Shown in pieces: positions 60,992-64,000 of a stretch of 64,000 nt of DNA. The notes beneath the pieces are model-generated. The model searched no databases. It saw only the letters and a list, made by a program, of their open reading frames with translations, and had not been told where the DNA came from. The translations under genes and the position numbers were made by a program. The DNA is from an uncultured Gemmatimonadales bacterium (lineage in GTDB: Bacteria > Gemmatimonadota > Gemmatimonadetes > Longimicrobiales > Longimicrobiaceae). Positions within the stretch are counted from its first letter, which is position 1; each line of letters starts with the position of its first letter. The stretch is taken from NCBI GenBank assembly GCA_963716255.1, contig OY970303.1, positions 6,496,001 through 6,560,000 of the forward strand, given 5' to 3'.

Positions 60992-63900
60992 ATGCCGAAC
61001 CCGCACCACGCATCCACGCTCGTGCAGCTCCTCCGCCTCCGCGTGGACGGAGACCCGGACCGGCACGCCTACACCTTCCTCCAGAACGGGGAGGTGGAGG
61101 AGGGGCACATCACGTACGGCGAGCTCGACCTGCGGGCCCGTACCGCGGCCGCCCGCCTCCAGGCGCTCGGCGCCCACGGGGAGCGCGCGCTACTCCTCTA
61201 CCCGCCGGGGCTGGAGTACGTCGCCGCCCTCTTCGGCTGCTTCTACGCCGGCGTGGTCGCGGTGCCGGCGTACCCGCCGCGCCGCAACAAGACCGACCCC
61301 CGCCTCCAGAGCATCGTCGCCGACTGCGCCCCCACCCTGGCGCTGACCACCCGCGGGCTGCTGGGCGAGGCGGAGCGGCTGTGCGCCCACACCCCGGAGC
61401 TGGCCGCCCTGCGCTGGTTGGCCACCGAGGACGTCCCCGCCGGGGAGGCCGAGGGGTGGCGCGACCCGGAGGCGAGCGGCGAGACGCTGGCCTTCCTCCA
61501 GTACACCTCGGGCTCGACGGCCGCGCCCAAGGGGGTGATGGTCAGCCACGGCAACCTGCTGCACAACTTCGCCGTCATCGAGCAGCTGGCCGGCTACACG
61601 CCTGCGACGCGCTCGGTGATCTGGCTCCCGCCGTACCACGACATGGGGCTGATCGGCGGCATCCTCCAGCCGCTGTTCACGGGATACTGGGCGGCGCTCT
61701 TCTCGCCGGTGGCCTTCATCCAGCGGCCGGCGCGCTGGCTGGAGGCCATCTCGCGCTACCAGGCCACGAGCAGCGGCGGGCCCAACTTCGCCTACGACCT
61801 GTGCGCCCACTCCATGCGCCCCGAGGAGCGGGCGGGGCTGGACCTGAGCCACTGGGAGATCGCTTTCAACGGAGCGGAGCCCGTCCGGGCCGAGACGCTG
61901 CGCGCCTTCGCCGAGGCGTTCGCGCCGAGCGGCTTCCGGGCGCGGGCGTACTTTGCGTGCTACGGGCTGGCCGAGGCGACGCTGATGGTCACCGGCAGCC
62001 GCCCTGCGGAGCTGCCGGTGGAGCGCGCGGTCGATCCGGAGGCGCTGGGGAAGGGCACGGTGCGGGAGGCGGCGCCGGAGGGTCGCTACCGGCTGGTGGG
62101 GAGCGGCCGGAGCGCGGCGTCGCAGCGGGTGATCGTGGTGGACCCGGCGACGCTGCGCGAGTGCGCGCCGGACCAGGTGGGCGAGGTGTGGGTGGCGGGC
62201 CCGAGCGTGGCGAGCGGCTACTGGGGGCGGCCGGAGGCGACGGCGGAGACCTTCGGCGCGTACGAGGCGGAGAGCGGCGAGGGGCCGTTCCTGCGCACGG
62301 GGGACCTGGGGTTCCTGGACGGCGGCGAGCTGTTCATCACGGGTCGGCTCAAGGACCTGATCGTCATCCGGGGGCGCAACCACTACCCGCAGGACATCGA
62401 GCAGACGGCGGCGCGCAGCCACGAGGGGCTGCGGGCGGGGGGTGCGGCGGCGTTCAGCGTGGACGAGGGCGGGGAGGAGCGGCTGGTGGTGGTGCTGGAG
62501 GTCTCGCGGCAGGCAGCGGCCGGGGGGGTGGACGTGGAGGAGGTGGCGACGGCAATCCGCCGCGCGGTGGCGAGCGAGCACGGGGTGCAGGTGCACGCGG
62601 TGGCGGTGGTGCGCACCGGGGGCGTGCCGAAGACGACCAGCGGCAAAGTGCAGCGTCGGGCGTGCCGGTCGGAGTTCCTGGCGGGGGAGCTTCCGCTGGT
62701 GGGGATGAGCGTGCGGGAGGAGGCGGGGCGCGCGGCGCCGCGCCCGGTGGTGCCGGGGCTGACGCGTGAAACGCTGGAGGCGGTGGAGGCGGGGGAGCGG
62801 CAGGCGCTGCTGGAGGCGTTCATTCGCGAGCGTGCGGCGCAGGTGCTGGGAGTGGAGGCGGCGCGCGTGGACCCGGAGCAGCCGCTGGTGGCGTTGGGTC
62901 TGGACTCGATGCGGGCCATGGAGCTGAAGGGCGCGCTGGAAGCGAGCCTGGGGGCGGCGGTGCCGATCTCCTCGCTGCTGGACGACACGCGGATCGAGCG
63001 CCTGGCGGCGGATCTCCTCCAGGAGGTGTTCCTGGCGGAGGCGGCCGAGCCCGGGCACGGGGCCGCGGCGGAGGGGGAGGCCCCGCTCTCGTTCGCCCAG
63101 GAGCGGCTGTGGTTCCTGGACCGGCTGACGCCGGGGAAAGCGGCGTACAACCTGGCCGGCGCGCTGCGCCTGCGGGGCGACGTGGACGTGTCCGCGCTGC
63201 GGCGGAGCCTGGAAGAGGTCGTGCGCCGGCACGAGGTCCTGCGCAGCGTCTTCGCTGAGTCCGGCGGACGGCCGGTGCAGCGGGTTCTGCCCGCCGGGGC
63301 GCTGCCGCTGCCGGAGGTGGACCTGTCGCGTCTGAGCCCGGAGCGGTGGGACGGCGTGGCGCGGCGCGTGGCCGGGGAGGTGGCGCGGACCCCGTTCGAC
63401 CTGACGGCGGGGCCGCCGTTCCGCGCGCTCCTGCTGCGGCTGGGGAGCGACGGGTACCTGCTGGTGCTGGCGATGCATCACATCGTCGGCGACGGCGGGT
63501 CGGCCGGGGTGCTGATCCGCGAGGTGGGCGCCCTCTACCCGGCGTTTCTCGCCAGGGAGCACTCTCCCCTCCCACTGCTCCCCACGCAGTACGCCGACTG
63601 GGCGTTGCGGCAGCGTGCGGGGCTCCCGGGCGAGGCCGCCGAGGAGCAGCTCGCCTACTGGCGGGAGCGTCTGGGGGGAATGTCGCCGCTCCCCCTGCCC
63701 ACCGACCGCCCGCGCCCGCCCGTGCAGAGCTTCCGGGGGGCGACCCACCGCTTCGAGGTCCCCGGCGCGGTGATGGAGGGCGTGCGCTCCCTCGCCCGCA
63801 GCGAGGGAGCGACGCTCTTCATGACGCTCCTGGCCGCCTGGGACCTCCTGCTCTCACGCTACTCCGGGGCGGGCGACGTGGCGGTGGGGACCGCCGTCTC

Positions 63901-64000
63901 CAGCCGCGACCGGGCCGAGGTCGCCGGACTCGTCGGCCTCTTCGTCAACACCCTGGTGCTGCGGGTGGAGGTGGTGCCGGAGGAGGACTTCCGCGCGCTC
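60992..64000 (+). CDS. FAAL-ACP-C... lipo-initiating NRPS (partial, runs off the right edge)
   Basis: Hand translation from ATG 60992 gives MPNPHHASTLVQLLRLR...AYTFL, LAFLQYTSGSTAAPKGVMVSHGNL, WLPPYHDMGLIG, FNGAEPV and YGLAEATL. ACP LVALGLDSMRAMEL lies near 62890. The C domain has [11 protein letters not shown] near 63087 and MHHIVGDG near 63473. Missing from the ORF track because there is no stop. Confidence 0.93.
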   Translation, partial: MPNPHHASTLVQLLRLRVDGDPDRHAYTFLQNGEVEEGHITYGELDLRARTAAARLQALGAHGERALLLYPPGLEYVAALFGCFYAGVVAVPAYPPRRNKTDPRLQSIVADCAPTLALTTRGLLGEAERLCAHTPELAALRWLATEDVPAGEAEGWRDPEASGETLAFLQYTSGSTAAPKGVMVSHGNLLHNFAVIEQLAGYTPATRSVIWLPPYHDMGLIGGILQPLFTGYWAALFSPVAFIQRPARWLEAISRYQATSSGGPNFAYDLCAHSMRPEERAGLDLSHWEIAFNGAEPVRAETLRAFAEAFAPSGFRARAYFACYGLAEATLMVTGSRPAELPVERAVDPEALGKGTVREAAPEGRYRLVGSGRSAASQRVIVVDPATLRECAPDQVGEVWVAGPSVASGYWGRPEATAETFGAYEAESGEGPFLRTGDLGFLDGGELFITGRLKDLIVIRGRNHYPQDIEQTAARSHEGLRAGGAAAFSVDEGGEERLVVVLEVSRQAAAGGVDVEEVATAIRRAVASEHGVQVHAVAVVRTGGVPKTTSGKVQRRACRSEFLAGELPLVGMSVREEAGRAAPRPVVPGLTRETLEAVEAGERQALLEAFIRERAAQVLGVEAARVDPEQPLVALGLDSMRAMELKGALEASLGAAVPISSLLDDTRIERLAADLLQEVFLAEAAEPGHGAAAEGEAPLSFAQERLWFLDRLTPGKAAYNLAGALRLRGDVDVSALRRSLEEVVRRHEVLRSVFAESGGRPVQRVLPAGALPLPEVDLSRLSPERWDGVARRVAGEVARTPFDLTAGPPFRALLLRLGSDGYLLVLAMHHIVGDGGSAGVLIREVGALYPAFLAREHSPLPLLPTQYADWALRQRAGLPGEAAEEQLAYWRERLGGMSPLPLPTDRPRPPVQSFRGATHRFEVPGAVMEGVRSLARSEGATLFMTLLAAWDLLLSRYSGAGDVAVGTAVSSRDRAEVAGLVGLFVNTLVLRVEVVPEEDFRAL

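Noticed and set aside
61190..63748. 852-aa minus-strand ORF
   Set aside because: Antisense shadow of the FAAL-ACP-C gene on the plus strand.

Overview
Very GC-rich bacterial DNA (by eye >70% GC). The NRPS style and intragenic repeats suggest Gemmatimonadota such as Longimicrobium, but this is inference only. 1-3.3 kb: purK (partial), purE, a MazG-like pyrophosphohydrolase and an NtrC-family response regulator with a degenerate GAFTGA loop (GAFPEA). 3.75-10.5 kb (minus strand): a seven-gene, atypical chaperone-usher-like pilus locus. It has two near-identical tandem major pilin genes, two minor pilin-like genes, a chaperone, an usher-like protein and a separately promoted small subunit. Each major pilin copy keeps an identically spaced upstream module of two GTTCCC-N4-GGGAAC palindromes plus promoter elements. 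10.8-13.6 kb: class V PLP enzyme, CMD/AhpD protein and queG. 14-64 kb: a giant NRPS cluster with three complete genes (6+7+1 = 14 modules) and the start of a FAAL-ACP-C gene. No thioesterase is visible. Unusual NRPS parts include a C-less N-methylating starter module, a Lys2-like (alpha-aminoadipate-type) A domain, an A domain with Asp235->Asn, a PRMT-like methyltransferase inside an A domain and two dual E/C domains. There are also clear recent module duplications, a specificity-subdomain swap, and REP/8-mer repeats inserted in frame in an A-domain loop. Domain coordinates are approximate and substrate codes were read by eye against remembered GrsA numbering.
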